A DNA stretch of 64,000 bases, taken from positions 99,717-163,716 of the IMG/VR virus record IMGVR_UViG_3300031772_000003; one strand, 5' to 3'. The position numbers and the translations under genes were made by a program. Numbering within the stretch: position 1 is the stretch's first letter; every line of letters starts with the position of its first letter. The notes under the pieces are model-generated. The model was not told where the DNA came from. It saw only the letters and a program-made list of their open reading frames with translations, and did no database searches. Below, one piece after another: positions 30,054 through 53,312 of the stretch. Source of the DNA: a virus.

Positions 30054-30674
30054 TCACACATTCGCCGCAACGGAGACCGGGGGCGGGCCATCCCCCTGCT
30101 CATTCGGGCATCCCGGCAGATTGTCGTCCCGTTTGTCAACAGCATAGCCCTCATCGGTCTCCACGGAGACGACGGCGAAGAGGTCGCAGGGGTCGCCCTC
30201 GCAACTCTCGATGTACATCCCGTGCCCGTCCGCCACCTGGTCCAGGGCCTCGTACCACTCCTGGTCCAGGTATGCCTCGCGGGAGCCGAGGCCGCGGCAC
30301 CACGAGCACTCCACGGGGACCAGACCCCCCTCGCAGACGAAGCACGGGAACGTCATCGTCGCCTCGACATGCTCGCCGCGGGCCTTCGCCAACGCCGCGA
30401 CGCTGCGGTGGCCCGAGCCACCACACCATCCGCAGGCCACGGGGTTCCTGGCGTGGCCGGTGCCGCGGCACCTGGGGCAGGGATCAACGTTGCTGTTGGC
30501 GAACGGGGTGTAGTACTTGCCGCTGGGGGCCAGGGAGAACACGGTGCCGAGGTAGCTGCGGCCCACCCTCGTGCCGGGATTCTCCTCGTCGTCCTCAAGC
30601 CCGCTCAGGGCCTCGGCCTTTATCGCGCCCCAGTCCCATTTCCGCAGGGCAGCGAGGTAACGGTTCTTTGCCAT
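30054..30674 (-). CDS. Protein with DnaJ-type CxxCxGxG zinc-finger repeats
   Basis: CPRCRGTG, CGWCGGSG, CFVCEGG, CSWCRGLG. Confidence 0.7.
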   Translation of the reverse strand: MAKNRYLAALRKWDWGAIKAEALSGLEDDEENPGTRVGRSYLGTVFSLAPSGKYYTPFANSNVDPCPRCRGTGHARNPVACGWCGGSGHRSVAALAKARGEHVEATMTFPCFVCEGGLVPVECSWCRGLGSREAYLDQEWYEALDQVADGHGMYIESCEGDPCDLFAVVSVETDEGYAVDKRDDNLPGCPNEQGDGPPPVSVAANV

Positions 30675-30696
30675 CCTATTCCATCCTTTCTCTCCC

Positions 30697-30714
30697 CACC
30701 CCTAGAATCAAGTC
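30697..30714 (-). promoter_or_regulatory. Conserved 18-nt motif copy 6 (1 mismatch)
   Basis: GACTTGATTCTAGGGGTG upstream of 30054..30674. Confidence 0.6.
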
Positions 30715-31610
30715 AAGTCGTCCACAATCTCGTCCCACTGCTTCGAGACCCGCACGAGTTGGTCCTTCTGGGCTTCCTCCTCGGCTACAGCCTCCGCCCA
30801 CTTCTCAGGGTCGCGCAGAGCCTCGACCTCGCGGGTGATCAGGGCATCGAGATACTGCGGGGGCAGAGCGTCCAATTCCCAAGACTCATCCCCGTAGAGG
30901 TCGCGGTAGCCCGCGAATCTGGCGTCGGTCTCCTTCCCAGGGTTGGGAGGGGCAGCCACCTCCCGGACTTGGTCCATTGTCAGGGCAATGCGCCGGAGCA
31001 AACCCGTCTGGCCCGTAAACATCGCCAGCCGCTCCCCATTATCTCTACTCATGTCCAAGCCACTCGGATCGTGGTCGCCGAGATGCAGGACCACCACTCC
31101 CTGCCCATCCCGCAAGTGAGTCCTGATCCGCTTGCTCGACTCCCACATCTCACTCTGAGACAGGTAACCCCTGCACGAGAGGCAGGGCACGTCGAGGCGG
31201 ACGGCAGCCTGCTCCACGACGCCGATAAGTGCATCTTTCTCTATCCAGCATTCCACCCGCACAGGCTGGGCCGCCCACTTGTCAATACGGTACTGGCTCG
31301 CACAGGCGTCAATGATCTCCTGGGGCGAGCCCCAATGGGCCTTCTCGCGGATGTACCGTGTCCTGTCAACCATCATATTCCAATCCAACGAACCGGCGAG
31401 GCGGGCATCGTTGATGACGCTGCCGAGCCTCTTGTACGACTGTTGGGTATTGGGGAGGTAGCCGCCGGCAACGAAGCGGTAATACAATTGCCGCAACGTC
31501 AAATCATAGCCCTGGGCAGCGTAATCCTCCATGATCGCGCGGGCCCGGTCGATGATCTCGATGCTGCCGGCACTGAACCGCTTGGGGACGAAGCAGACGC
31601 AGGGCATCAC
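30708..31610 (-). CDS. Toprim-domain protein (Topo VI-A / JetD-like fold)
   Basis: TLRQLYY, VECWIEKDAL, LHLGDHDPSG, WELDAL. Confidence 0.8.
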   Translation of the reverse strand: MMPCVCFVPKRFSAGSIEIIDRARAIMEDYAAQGYDLTLRQLYYRFVAGGYLPNTQQSYKRLGSVINDARLAGSLDWNMMVDRTRYIREKAHWGSPQEIIDACASQYRIDKWAAQPVRVECWIEKDALIGVVEQAAVRLDVPCLSCRGYLSQSEMWESSKRIRTHLRDGQGVVVLHLGDHDPSGLDMSRDNGERLAMFTGQTGLLRRIALTMDQVREVAAPPNPGKETDARFAGYRDLYGDESWELDALPPQYLDALITREVEALRDPEKWAEAVAEEEAQKDQLVRVSKQWDEIVDDLT

Positions 31611-31972
31611 TGACCTCCTTGCTCACCACGCCAGCGCCGGAAGAGCCTGTTCTCGACACGTCGGAACACGGTCCGGGGACCATGCACGTCGCGCCGCACA
31701 CCCAAACGCCACTGCGGGGGGGACAGCAAGTGCGCGAGTTCATGGATGACAATGGCGACGGTGCGCATCCGGCGCTGTGGACCCAAGTAGATGCTATAGG
31801 TCGGAGCGTAGGCACATGCTCCCGAGCGGCACCGTGAGGGGCGGCGGGTGGTCACAACAGGGGGCCGCATTCCCTCAGCCTCACACAGCATGTCCACGAC
31901 AGCCTGGGCCTCGGCCAACGAGACCGCTTCGCCATGTTCGGGGCGCTGCCAGAAGTCGGCGGCGTAACTCAC
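31607..31972 (-). CDS. Small zincin (SprT-like)
   Basis: IHELAH...HG. Confidence 0.6.
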   Translation of the reverse strand: MSYAADFWQRPEHGEAVSLAEAQAVVDMLCEAEGMRPPVVTTRRPSRCRSGACAYAPTYSIYLGPQRRMRTVAIVIHELAHLLSPPQWRLGVRRDVHGPRTVFRRVENRLFRRWRGEQGGQ

Positions 31973-32772
31973 GGCTGAGCCTCCTCGTCCCCCAAACAGT
32001 CGCAGTCGGGCTCACACGGCTCCAAGCCCATCCCCATGTTGTTCAGGAGCCGCCGCATCGTATCCTCAACCAACTCATGGCACTTTGTAGCGGCCCAGCA
32101 AAAGCCTCTGGGAGCCTCGGCCCGGCAGTCATGATGTCGAGTGCCGTATTCTGTTATCTTCGCCCCCACCTGTCTTGCCAGCGTGCAGCAACGAGAAAAG
32201 CAGGAGCGCTTGGGATCTTGTGGGCCCCGTTGGGCAATCTTTGCGAGTTGGCCGTCCCGCTCCACTTCGAGGGTGATGGCCAGACCCAAGACCTCCTCGT
32301 AGGCTCTCTCTGAGCCTTTGCCCAGGAGAGCGGCATCCTCGCACGCCGCCATCGCCCGCTGCTCCTCGGGGCGGGTTGCCCATGCGGGCCTCCGCCCACC
32401 GGGCCCGCACCGAGACCAGTCCCGAGCCCCGTCCTGGAAGTCCTTGATATGCTTCCACTCGTGCTGGGCCGTGGCAAAGAAGCTCTCAGCGGACGTGAGG
32501 GGGTCAGTGGTCCAGTGAGGAAGGACGATGCTGAAGTAACCCCCGTCGGTACTGACCCACCGCAGTCCAACGTAATGGCTTGTACCCCGCTTGCGCCGCA
32601 GGAGCGGGCGAGTCGCCCTGCACCTATGAGCCAGACCACTGGCAGTGGTGCCTCTACCACGATTGGCAATCACGATGACCCCACCGGTCCTGGCCCCAAT
32701 GGAACGGCCCGCTCGGGCCAGCAGAGGCTCCAAAGCCTCATCAGGGATTGTGGTTCTGTTGTAAAGCTTCAT
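31969..32772 (-). CDS. Zincin-like hypothetical protein
   Basis: HEWKH...EEQRA. Confidence 0.5.
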   Translation of the reverse strand: MKLYNRTTIPDEALEPLLARAGRSIGARTGGVIVIANRGRGTTASGLAHRCRATRPLLRRKRGTSHYVGLRWVSTDGGYFSIVLPHWTTDPLTSAESFFATAQHEWKHIKDFQDGARDWSRCGPGGRRPAWATRPEEQRAMAACEDAALLGKGSERAYEEVLGLAITLEVERDGQLAKIAQRGPQDPKRSCFSRCCTLARQVGAKITEYGTRHHDCRAEAPRGFCWAATKCHELVEDTMRRLLNNMGMGLEPCEPDCDCLGDEEAQP

Positions 32773-33006
32773 GTCCCCCTTCCCCTCTCCATCCGCGCCC
32801 CCTCCACAAGCTTCACGCCAGCCTCTACCGCCACGGCTCGGAGGCCGTGACAGGTCCCGGTCCCGGCGTAGATGGTGAGCAGGTCCGCCCGGTAGGTGCC
32901 CACGAGTCGCCCTCTATGGCGTAGGCCGTAGTGCCGCGGCCCATCATGACGCAGCACGAACCCGAGCCGCTTCGCTACTCGGCGCAGGCAATCCCGCGCC
33001 CTGTCC

Positions 33007-33300
33007 TCAACTGACCTCTGCTTCCTCACCGCGCACCTCCAGGTTCTCCGCATGGACGAACAGGACAGAGAGGCCCATGCCGAGGTTGACGAAGCGGCGG
33101 CACTCCTGCTGCTTCTCCTGGGTCAGCCCCGCCAGCTTGTAGGCGTAGTCGTCCCGGTCCAGGAAGACGAGGTAGCCTGGCCACTTCACACCCGTGATGA
33201 GGTGGCGGTAGATGCGGTGGCTGACCACGGTGCCAGTCAAGGTAAGGGCTACACCAAGCACCCGAACCTTTGTGCCCAACGCGATCCGTTTCATTCTCAT
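33007..33300 (-). CDS. Hypothetical protein
   Basis: GAGGAG RBS downstream of motif copy 7. Confidence 0.45.
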   Translation of the reverse strand: MRMKRIALGTKVRVLGVALTLTGTVVSHRIYRHLITGVKWPGYLVFLDRDDYAYKLAGLTQEKQQECRRFVNLGMGLSVLFVHAENLEVRGEEAEVS

Positions 33301-33318
33301 CTCCTCATGCTCCCCTTC

Positions 33319-33336
33319 CACCCCTAGAATCAAGTG
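33319..33336 (-). promoter_or_regulatory. Conserved 18-nt motif copy 7
   Basis: Exact intergenic copy. Confidence 0.65.
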
Positions 33337-33460
33337 GGGCATGAAAAGAATTGGCGGCCATGGAGGCCGCCAGAGCGTTCCCGGTGCGTTAGAGGTAGTT
33401 GGGGCCTAGTGGATGGGGAAGGACGCAGCCACGACGCTGCCAGGTGGCTTCCTGGGGTTG

Positions 33461-33955
33461 CTAGACAGGCACATCGGCTGGATCGAGCATGCCACGGGCA
33501 CGAAGTCCGCGGGTACGGAGCAAACCACGGGCGATCTGCTTCTCATCGCCGGTAAAGCCATCCCAATACTGCTTGGCAACATCAAGGGCATGCTGTGCCC
33601 GTGGGTAGTTGTGGGATGCTCGTAGCCGTTGTGCGTCTCGCATGAGTTCAACGTATGCCTCGATGTCACCCATAGCCACATCGGACACATCCTCAATCAC
33701 AGCTTCGCCCACACCCTTTTTCTTCAAGATGTAGGCGACACGCACCGCGACATTATTGATGTCCACGGCGGGGCCACGGTACGTCGAGGTGAGCCACCGC
33801 GCGAGATCGGCCCTGTTGCTGGGGTCCGTACCGGCCTCCTGGCACGCCTTGAGGAACGCATGGGCCGCGGCCAACTCTTTAACCCCAGCAGCGAAGTCCG
33901 TGGCGGTGGTCTCGGACAGCACGTCCGCAACGACCTGCTCCAGAATGGTAGGCAT
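33461..33955 (-). CDS. Putative head-associated protein
   Basis: N-terminal ILEQVVADVLSE resembling the LxE motif family. Confidence 0.5.
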   Translation of the reverse strand: MPTILEQVVADVLSETTATDFAAGVKELAAAHAFLKACQEAGTDPSNRADLARWLTSTYRGPAVDINNVAVRVAYILKKKGVGEAVIEDVSDVAMGDIEAYVELMRDAQRLRASHNYPRAQHALDVAKQYWDGFTGDEKQIARGLLRTRGLRARGMLDPADVPV

Positions 33956-33958
33956 CGG

Positions 33959-35041
33959 TTAGTCTCTCATTCCCAACTCGGTTTCGATGACTGCCCTGCT
34001 ACGATTGGCACTTCGCAGGTAATTCCACGCTTGGCTGACCCAACGGACTAGCCAGCCCCAAAAGCCCTCGGTGAGGGTCGCTTGGTCCACTACGGCCTCC
34101 TGGGGAGGTGTGGCCACGTCGGGGGCAGCGGCCTCCGGCGGGCGCTCGAACCTGAGAATCGGGTCCCCAGGAGCCAGGGTACGGCCAGGCGTGGTATGCT
34201 TGGCCAGGAGATCATCGATCAACTTCTTGAGGTCCGCTGACATATTGGCAATCTCGTCCACGACCTTATTGTAATGCCTAACTGGAGCGCTGATCCTCGC
34301 CTTCTGCTGCTCCAAATAGATGCGTATATCATCTACCCACATCTCCTGATTCGTGAACCCCGCCAGCAGTGGCATAAGCGTCTTCACCTTGTCCCCGTAC
34401 TCATTGGTGAGGCGGGCAACCTCCATCTTAGCCTCCCGCAACTGCTCACCAAGACGCACGGCGAGACGGGCCACTTCAATCAAGGTGTCGCGGAGTTCGC
34501 CACGAATGCCTGGAATTATGGTTTTGCCAGCCTCAGCGACGGGCGCAGCAGGTGCAGCAGGCGCGGGTTTGGGGGAGGGACGTGGCGCAGGAGCGGGGGC
34601 ATTCGCGGGCTCGGGCTCCTCAGCCAGCACGTCACGCACCACGGCATCCACGATGGATGCACGGTCGAGGGACTCCATGCCCCTCACCGTGCTCTTGCAC
34701 GGAATGCGCATGTGGACATGCTTGCCGCTGGGCAGCGTCTTGGCTACAGTGCTGGGAGCGATCTCCTCACCGCAGACCGAGCAGGTCTCCTCGACCTCAA
34801 CAGACTCACCCCTCGGCTTCGTCGCCCCTTTGCCCTTCTTGAACCCCGTCTTGGCGCGCAGGGCAAAGAGCAACTCCCCCATCTTCTCTTTGTTGTCTGG
34901 CTTGCCCTTGAGGGCCGCGATCTCTTTACGGAGTTGGGCCACGGTTTTGCCCTCATGCTCGCCTGTTTTCTTGATTTCCACGTCCTTATCCCACTTCTCG
35001 TTCAAGACGGCATCAACGGCCCATGCCAGATCGGTCTTCAC
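33959..35041 (-). CDS. Putative head-core protein
   Basis: GTGA overlap start; AVDAVLNE, VVRDVLAE, TLTE motifs; coiled coil. Confidence 0.55.
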   Translation of the reverse strand: MKTDLAWAVDAVLNEKWDKDVEIKKTGEHEGKTVAQLRKEIAALKGKPDNKEKMGELLFALRAKTGFKKGKGATKPRGESVEVEETCSVCGEEIAPSTVAKTLPSGKHVHMRIPCKSTVRGMESLDRASIVDAVVRDVLAEEPEPANAPAPAPRPSPKPAPAAPAAPVAEAGKTIIPGIRGELRDTLIEVARLAVRLGEQLREAKMEVARLTNEYGDKVKTLMPLLAGFTNQEMWVDDIRIYLEQQKARISAPVRHYNKVVDEIANMSADLKKLIDDLLAKHTTPGRTLAPGDPILRFERPPEAAAPDVATPPQEAVVDQATLTEGFWGWLVRWVSQAWNYLRSANRSRAVIETELGMRD

Positions 35042-35751
35042 GTCGTCACTCCTTGAATGGTTCTGAGGTCTTCGCGGCTCAGCACGCGGGCCCGGACGAC
35101 CCGGCCCACCAACGGTCCTGAGAGGACCGGCCCGGCGACGATGCCATAGGTCCCGGTGGTACTCACTTTCATATCCACGATCTGGGGCTTGGCCCCGAGA
35201 GTTCTCGCTTTCACCCTCTGGCCTGGCTTCACGCCCCAGGATGATTCCTTCACAACGTCCCACACGTCACCCTCACCCCCAATATCAGGATTGGTAGCGT
35301 GTGGAGAAATGGGCAAAGTCGTGGTGAGGGGTCTTCCCTCCGGGCCGATGGTAAGGCGGTCGGCGATTCTTTTGACCTTCCCATAGGAGATCATGCGCCC
35401 CAACCGGGTCCGCCTCTCATCACTCTTCACTTCATTCTGAAGATGGCCCTCAATCCGCATTGGAGCAAACTTACCGAAGGGGATACCTCGTGCGGGGTCC
35501 CACAACTGAGCCGCTTTGATGAGGCCCCAGTACGCCGTGGAGATCGCTTCGTCTTCCCCCAGGAAGTGGTGGTAGCGCTTGGCGATGTGAAGGGCGAGCT
35601 TGATGTTGTCCAGAACGAGTTGCTGCTGCACCGGGGTCAGTGGGACCGGCGGAGCGAGATCGGTCCGCTCCCCTCGGGCCTCCGCGATCACGAATGCGAG
35701 AGCATGGGTCAGGACTTCATCCCACTGCGGGTCAGTTGCGGCCATCGTCAC
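35038..35751 (-). CDS. Sigma-70 region-2 domain protein lacking an obvious region 4
   Basis: LVLDNIKLALHIAKRY...GLIKAAQLWDPARGIPFGKFA..RI matches the region 2 pattern. Confidence 0.75.
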   Translation of the reverse strand: MTMAATDPQWDEVLTHALAFVIAEARGERTDLAPPVPLTPVQQQLVLDNIKLALHIAKRYHHFLGEDEAISTAYWGLIKAAQLWDPARGIPFGKFAPMRIEGHLQNEVKSDERRTRLGRMISYGKVKRIADRLTIGPEGRPLTTTLPISPHATNPDIGGEGDVWDVVKESSWGVKPGQRVKARTLGAKPQIVDMKVSTTGTYGIVAGPVLSGPLVGRVVRARVLSREDLRTIQGVTT

Positions 35752-36095
35752 GACTCCGAAGGGGGGGCCGCCCCTGTGAGGGTGATCGTCGGCCCCAGTC
35801 TAGTCAGGATGATCGCGGCGGATTGAGCCACACCTCCAATCGTCGCCGTCACGACGACAATATCAGGGGTCTGGGACGCTCGGAGCCACCCGCTCCACAA
35901 GCCCACTTGGGGCGACGCGATCATGCCCCCTCCTGGACCTTCCGGCACCAGTAGTCCATCGGTCCCAATGGCAAAAGCCCTGATCCACGGGCGAACCCCA
36001 CCATCGGGGTCCACGGCAGCCCCCGTTGCGCCGGTGAGGTTGGCGACGATCAAGACGAAGCCCTTGAATGGGGTAGATTGCAACTGAATCGGCAT
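35748..36095 (-). CDS. Hypothetical beta-rich protein
   Basis: Coupled ORF in the structural-like block. Confidence 0.45.
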   Translation of the reverse strand: MPIQLQSTPFKGFVLIVANLTGATGAAVDPDGGVRPWIRAFAIGTDGLLVPEGPGGGMIASPQVGLWSGWLRASQTPDIVVVTATIGGVAQSAAIILTRLGPTITLTGAAPPSES

Positions 36096-36107
36096 CGCTT
36101 ACACCTC

Positions 36108-37061
36108 TCACGGTAGCAAGGTACTGAGCCGGGCCGTGCCGCTCGCGGGTATACGCACCCGCCTATATACTACACCGCGGATCGGCTGCATGTCAAAGTC
36201 GTAGTCTTTGCCGGGAGCCAAGCACATCTCCCAGTACCCCGCGGTGTCCGTCGTCGCCTCTTTCTTCTGGGGGATGTAGCCGATCCCGCCTGCGGCCTGA
36301 AACTCCCCGGCCTTGGTGGTCCAAGCACATACCAAACCACCTACAACCGGCGTAACCCCACCGGCATCGTACTCCCAGTCATAGATCAGGACGGAGCCTG
36401 GCTCAATGTGGCCGGGGGCAAATGCCACACCTATGTACGTCACCGCCGTCGTCCCGGCTACGGTCAAGGTCTCAGGGGCAGTGAAGGTGTGGTGGGCCAA
36501 ATCGGAGAGATAAACGGGATAGGTCTTGGGGGCAAGCGCGGTGCCCGGGAGCATCATCCGGACCTGTCCGCTCGCATCGGTAAGCCCGACCCACAAGCGA
36601 ACCGTGCCCGTGCGGTCCATGATCTGCACCACGGCCCCTGGGATACGGGTGCCGCCTGTCTCCTGTACCGTGATCGTGACACGGGAGCCCGTTTCGAGGC
36701 CCGCTCCGGGGGACTCGGAGAGGAAGGTGTGAAGCTCCGCATCCTCCCCCTGGTACGTCCCAGCGTTACGGAATCCAAAGACATAACCCTCCTCTTTGCC
36801 GGCCTCATCCCACACGGCTCTAGAGAACGTGTAGGAGTACAGCCCGTTGAGAGCCGTGGCGTCCATCACAGCCCAGTTGGTGCCCCCCGCGGCGACGAAG
36901 CGGGACGTGGCGAAGTTCGCCACATAGTCGTCGCTCTCCCTCCGAATCGTCACCTCCGGGCTCTCGCCGGACACCCCCATCTGGTCCTTGTCTAGGATCT
37001 CTATCAAGACCGTCACGGGGTCTTCAAGGATAGTATGACGGACTGTGGCGGACTGAGCCAA
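36108..37061 (-). CDS. Putative virion protein with prealbumin/carboxypeptidase-regulatory-like repeats
   Basis: IPGAVV..TDASG and TTDTAGYW motifs. Confidence 0.55.
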   Translation of the reverse strand: MAQSATVRHTILEDPVTVLIEILDKDQMGVSGESPEVTIRRESDDYVANFATSRFVAAGGTNWAVMDATALNGLYSYTFSRAVWDEAGKEEGYVFGFRNAGTYQGEDAELHTFLSESPGAGLETGSRVTITVQETGGTRIPGAVVQIMDRTGTVRLWVGLTDASGQVRMMLPGTALAPKTYPVYLSDLAHHTFTAPETLTVAGTTAVTYIGVAFAPGHIEPGSVLIYDWEYDAGGVTPVVGGLVCAWTTKAGEFQAAGGIGYIPQKKEATTDTAGYWEMCLAPGKDYDFDMQPIRGVVYRRVRIPASGTARLSTLLP

Positions 37062-37092
37062 AAATAGACTCCCTTCTAGCTCTAGTTTACTG

Positions 37093-39126
37093 CTAGGGGG
37101 AGGGAGCCGTTCGTCTCAGGCAGCCAAGTCCGAACGTCTTGCCCACCTCCCCAAAGTCAGCCCAGCCCTGTGTAGCCAACGCATGTTCATACGTGGGTCG
37201 CACGTCCCCACCCGCATGAGGCGTCCCTGGGGAGCAGGAGCCCTCGGATTGCCGCTTCGTATCATGAAACGCCAAGAAGCCGCCTGGGGCGACGAACTGG
37301 CTGTAATTCTGCCAGTCCGCCTCCACGCATTCAACGCAGTGGCAACCGTCCACGACCACGAGGTCGAACTGGGGGCATAGCCCCCGCACCGACTCGACCA
37401 CATCAGTACTGGGCCCAGGCACGATGTAGATCGAGCCATAATGGTAGAGGTCGGGGTCAATATGGGGGGTCACGGCTTGCAGGGGGTCCACACCGACGTA
37501 CACGAACCGCTTGCCGTTGTGAGCGCACCGCCGCATCATCGTCATACCGGTGCCACAGTTGAGGATGCCGATCTCAAGGATGCGGACAGGCTCAGACGGA
37601 GCAGCATCGATCATCTCGAATATCTTGGTGATCTCATCATCATCCATCCGTGAGAGCTTGTCCTGTCCAGGAGCCTTAGCAGAGGGAATCACAGATGACT
37701 TCTTAGCCCGCAGCTTCTCTTTGTCGGCACCTGCATAGTGCAGAATACGGGCTTCTGGATCAGCAGGCTGCCGAGCCAAACCATAATCAGCAGATGCCGC
37801 CCAAACCACAGGGGTCTTACGTCTGTCCAGAATAACAGACAGTATCTCGTTATCGCCCTTGTAATCAAACTCCTTGGGGTCGAGGCAGTTGGTAGCCCAC
37901 TCCTCGACCATTGGGTTCCCATGCTCGGTACCAAAAATGCCGGTGCAGCAATGTGGGGCTTTGGTCATCCCAAACCACGTCGCGTCCCGTGTCTTGGCAT
38001 ACTCAGGTGGACTCATCAAGTCGGTACGAGCAGACACTACTTGACCATCATGAAGGTCAGCAAAGTGCTTGCCAATGGGTCCACGTACCTCCGTATCGAG
38101 GTCGAGCCATAGAACCTTGCGGAACGGGGCTTGCAGAATCGCAGAAGGCTTGCGGAACCAACCTTGTGCATTCTTGGGAGCAGCCACGTCATAAACAATA
38201 CCCCGTTTGCCACACCACTCCTTCCACTCCGCATCGACGCCGAAGCAAGCGAAGGCAACAGGGATTGTGGGGTTATGCTCGGAGTAACAACGGTACCACC
38301 AGTCCAAGAGGTCTGTCTGCTCCTTGCTCACCCCCACAACCACACCCCGCTCGTGCATGACGTTGTGACCCCACCGGCAATGCTCCGCGTCCCTACAATC
38401 CAGGGTTGGGGTCCAAGCTACCGGCACAACACGACTCGATGTGGCGTCGAGGGCTTCAGCCAGTGGGATATAGGGCAATACGTCATTGGCTTTCGAGCCT
38501 GGAGTACAGCTAATGATCTGGATGCCATTCGCTTCTCCTTCCTGACGAAGCAGACCGAGACGGCGAGCCTGCGCGTCGTAGAGCCGCTTGTTGAGTGCCC
38601 GCTGCTCCTCGGTCAGGACTATGCCATCATGGTAATCCCTACCACCACCAAAGTCACAACCGACGAGGTGAATACGCTGTGCCCCAATCCAAACGGCGAA
38701 GTGCAGGGCGGTCTCGAAGGAATTGAGCAGGGGGGCGGTGAACTTCACATCATGGCCCCTCCGTTCGAACATCTGGATCGGATGTGCCGTGGGGTCGATC
38801 TCGATGAAATGGGTGTTGGGGCAGAGGCAGACCTTACGCCCCAACACGAGTGACTCCGCGAAACTGTTGCGGAACAGCTTGACGAAGGGTTCCCATAGCA
38901 GGGTATGTGAGAAGGCAGAGGGGTGGTCCATGCCTATCCAATAGTTGGGCTTGACCTTCGGGTATGCCCGATTGACTGCAATCGTCACGACACCTGGGCG
39001 GTAGAGCAGGGTAGGATCAACATCTGCCAGTGAGGGACCGGGGCAGCATAGATAGACCTCAGCACCCAGAAGGCACTTAGCAAAACTCACGTGCTGCCAT
39101 GCACGGCCATCGTGGCTCCAAATCAT
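37093..39126 (-). CDS. Three-domain glyco-modification enzyme (MAF/DUF115-like + GT-A + methyltransferase)
   Basis: CPGPSL..IAVN..IHLVGCDF; WLDLD DxD; ILEIG..VVVDGCH..PGGFLAFHD. Confidence 0.7.
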   Translation of the reverse strand: MIWSHDGRAWQHVSFAKCLLGAEVYLCCPGPSLADVDPTLLYRPGVVTIAVNRAYPKVKPNYWIGMDHPSAFSHTLLWEPFVKLFRNSFAESLVLGRKVCLCPNTHFIEIDPTAHPIQMFERRGHDVKFTAPLLNSFETALHFAVWIGAQRIHLVGCDFGGGRDYHDGIVLTEEQRALNKRLYDAQARRLGLLRQEGEANGIQIISCTPGSKANDVLPYIPLAEALDATSSRVVPVAWTPTLDCRDAEHCRWGHNVMHERGVVVGVSKEQTDLLDWWYRCYSEHNPTIPVAFACFGVDAEWKEWCGKRGIVYDVAAPKNAQGWFRKPSAILQAPFRKVLWLDLDTEVRGPIGKHFADLHDGQVVSARTDLMSPPEYAKTRDATWFGMTKAPHCCTGIFGTEHGNPMVEEWATNCLDPKEFDYKGDNEILSVILDRRKTPVVWAASADYGLARQPADPEARILHYAGADKEKLRAKKSSVIPSAKAPGQDKLSRMDDDEITKIFEMIDAAPSEPVRILEIGILNCGTGMTMMRRCAHNGKRFVYVGVDPLQAVTPHIDPDLYHYGSIYIVPGPSTDVVESVRGLCPQFDLVVVDGCHCVECVEADWQNYSQFVAPGGFLAFHDTKRQSEGSCSPGTPHAGGDVRPTYEHALATQGWADFGEVGKTFGLGCLRRTAPSP

Positions 39127-39150
39127 CGGTCACTCCTCGTTTTGTTGGGA

Positions 39151-52747
<13,597 letters not shown>

Positions 52748-52751
52748 GATC

Positions 52752-53006
52752 TCAACCCTCCTTGTTGGCAAACTCCACCTTGGCAGGGAGGGCATCGAGA
52801 TCGGAGAGGATGTTGGCGAGGCGGGCCGCGGCCTCATTGAGATCAATGAGGGTATCGGCACGGCCAATAGGCTCAAGAAATGAGCGCATGATCGGGCTGT
52901 CCGCAGTGACCAGCGCGCGGCGCAGCGCATCCGCCGCGATTTGCAGGTCGGCCTCAAACTTGAACCGGACACCACCTGTGAGAACGGGGTGGGTACGTGC
53001 GGCCAT
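52752..53006 (-). CDS. Small helical hypothetical protein
   Basis: GAGGA RBS; contains DLNEA. Confidence 0.5.
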   Translation of the reverse strand: MAARTHPVLTGGVRFKFEADLQIAADALRRALVTADSPIMRSFLEPIGRADTLIDLNEAAARLANILSDLDALPAKVEFANKEG

Positions 53007-53270
53007 TGTTGCTTCCTCAAGCAGACAGGCACCGAGCCTCAAACTCTCGCTGGGCAATGGCTTCACGGAGCTTCGCGGGGTGCCAGAGGCGCACATGAGT
53101 ATGACATACGGGTCGCTTCACCAAACTCTGGGGGGTGTTTATAGCCCCTCCCACCCCTACTGAGCTTCCAGATCGTATTACCCCTCATGCGCTCGGAGCA
53201 AAGGCGCTTGATATGCTCGGGGCAGGGCTCACCTTTACGAGGCATTGCTGGTGTCCAGCTTAGGGGGGAG

Positions 53271-53303
53271 ACCCCCGGTTGGATGGTTAGTCCAACCGGG
53301 GGT
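53271..53303. terminator. Perfect 13-bp hairpin (terminator or processing site)
   Basis: ACCCCCGGTTGGA-tggttag-TCCAACCGGGGGT just after the stop of 53313..53768; no U tract. Confidence 0.5.
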
Positions 53304-53312
53304 ACAGAGGGA

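Noticed and set aside
29204-31613. Long plus-strand ORFs 29204..30838 and 29898..31613
   Set aside because: Antisense shadows of well-supported minus-strand genes in GC-rich DNA
52748-53032. N-terminal 95 aa of the listed 4069-aa ORF
   Set aside because: Overlaps 52752..53006 in another frame; better start with AGGAGG at 52747
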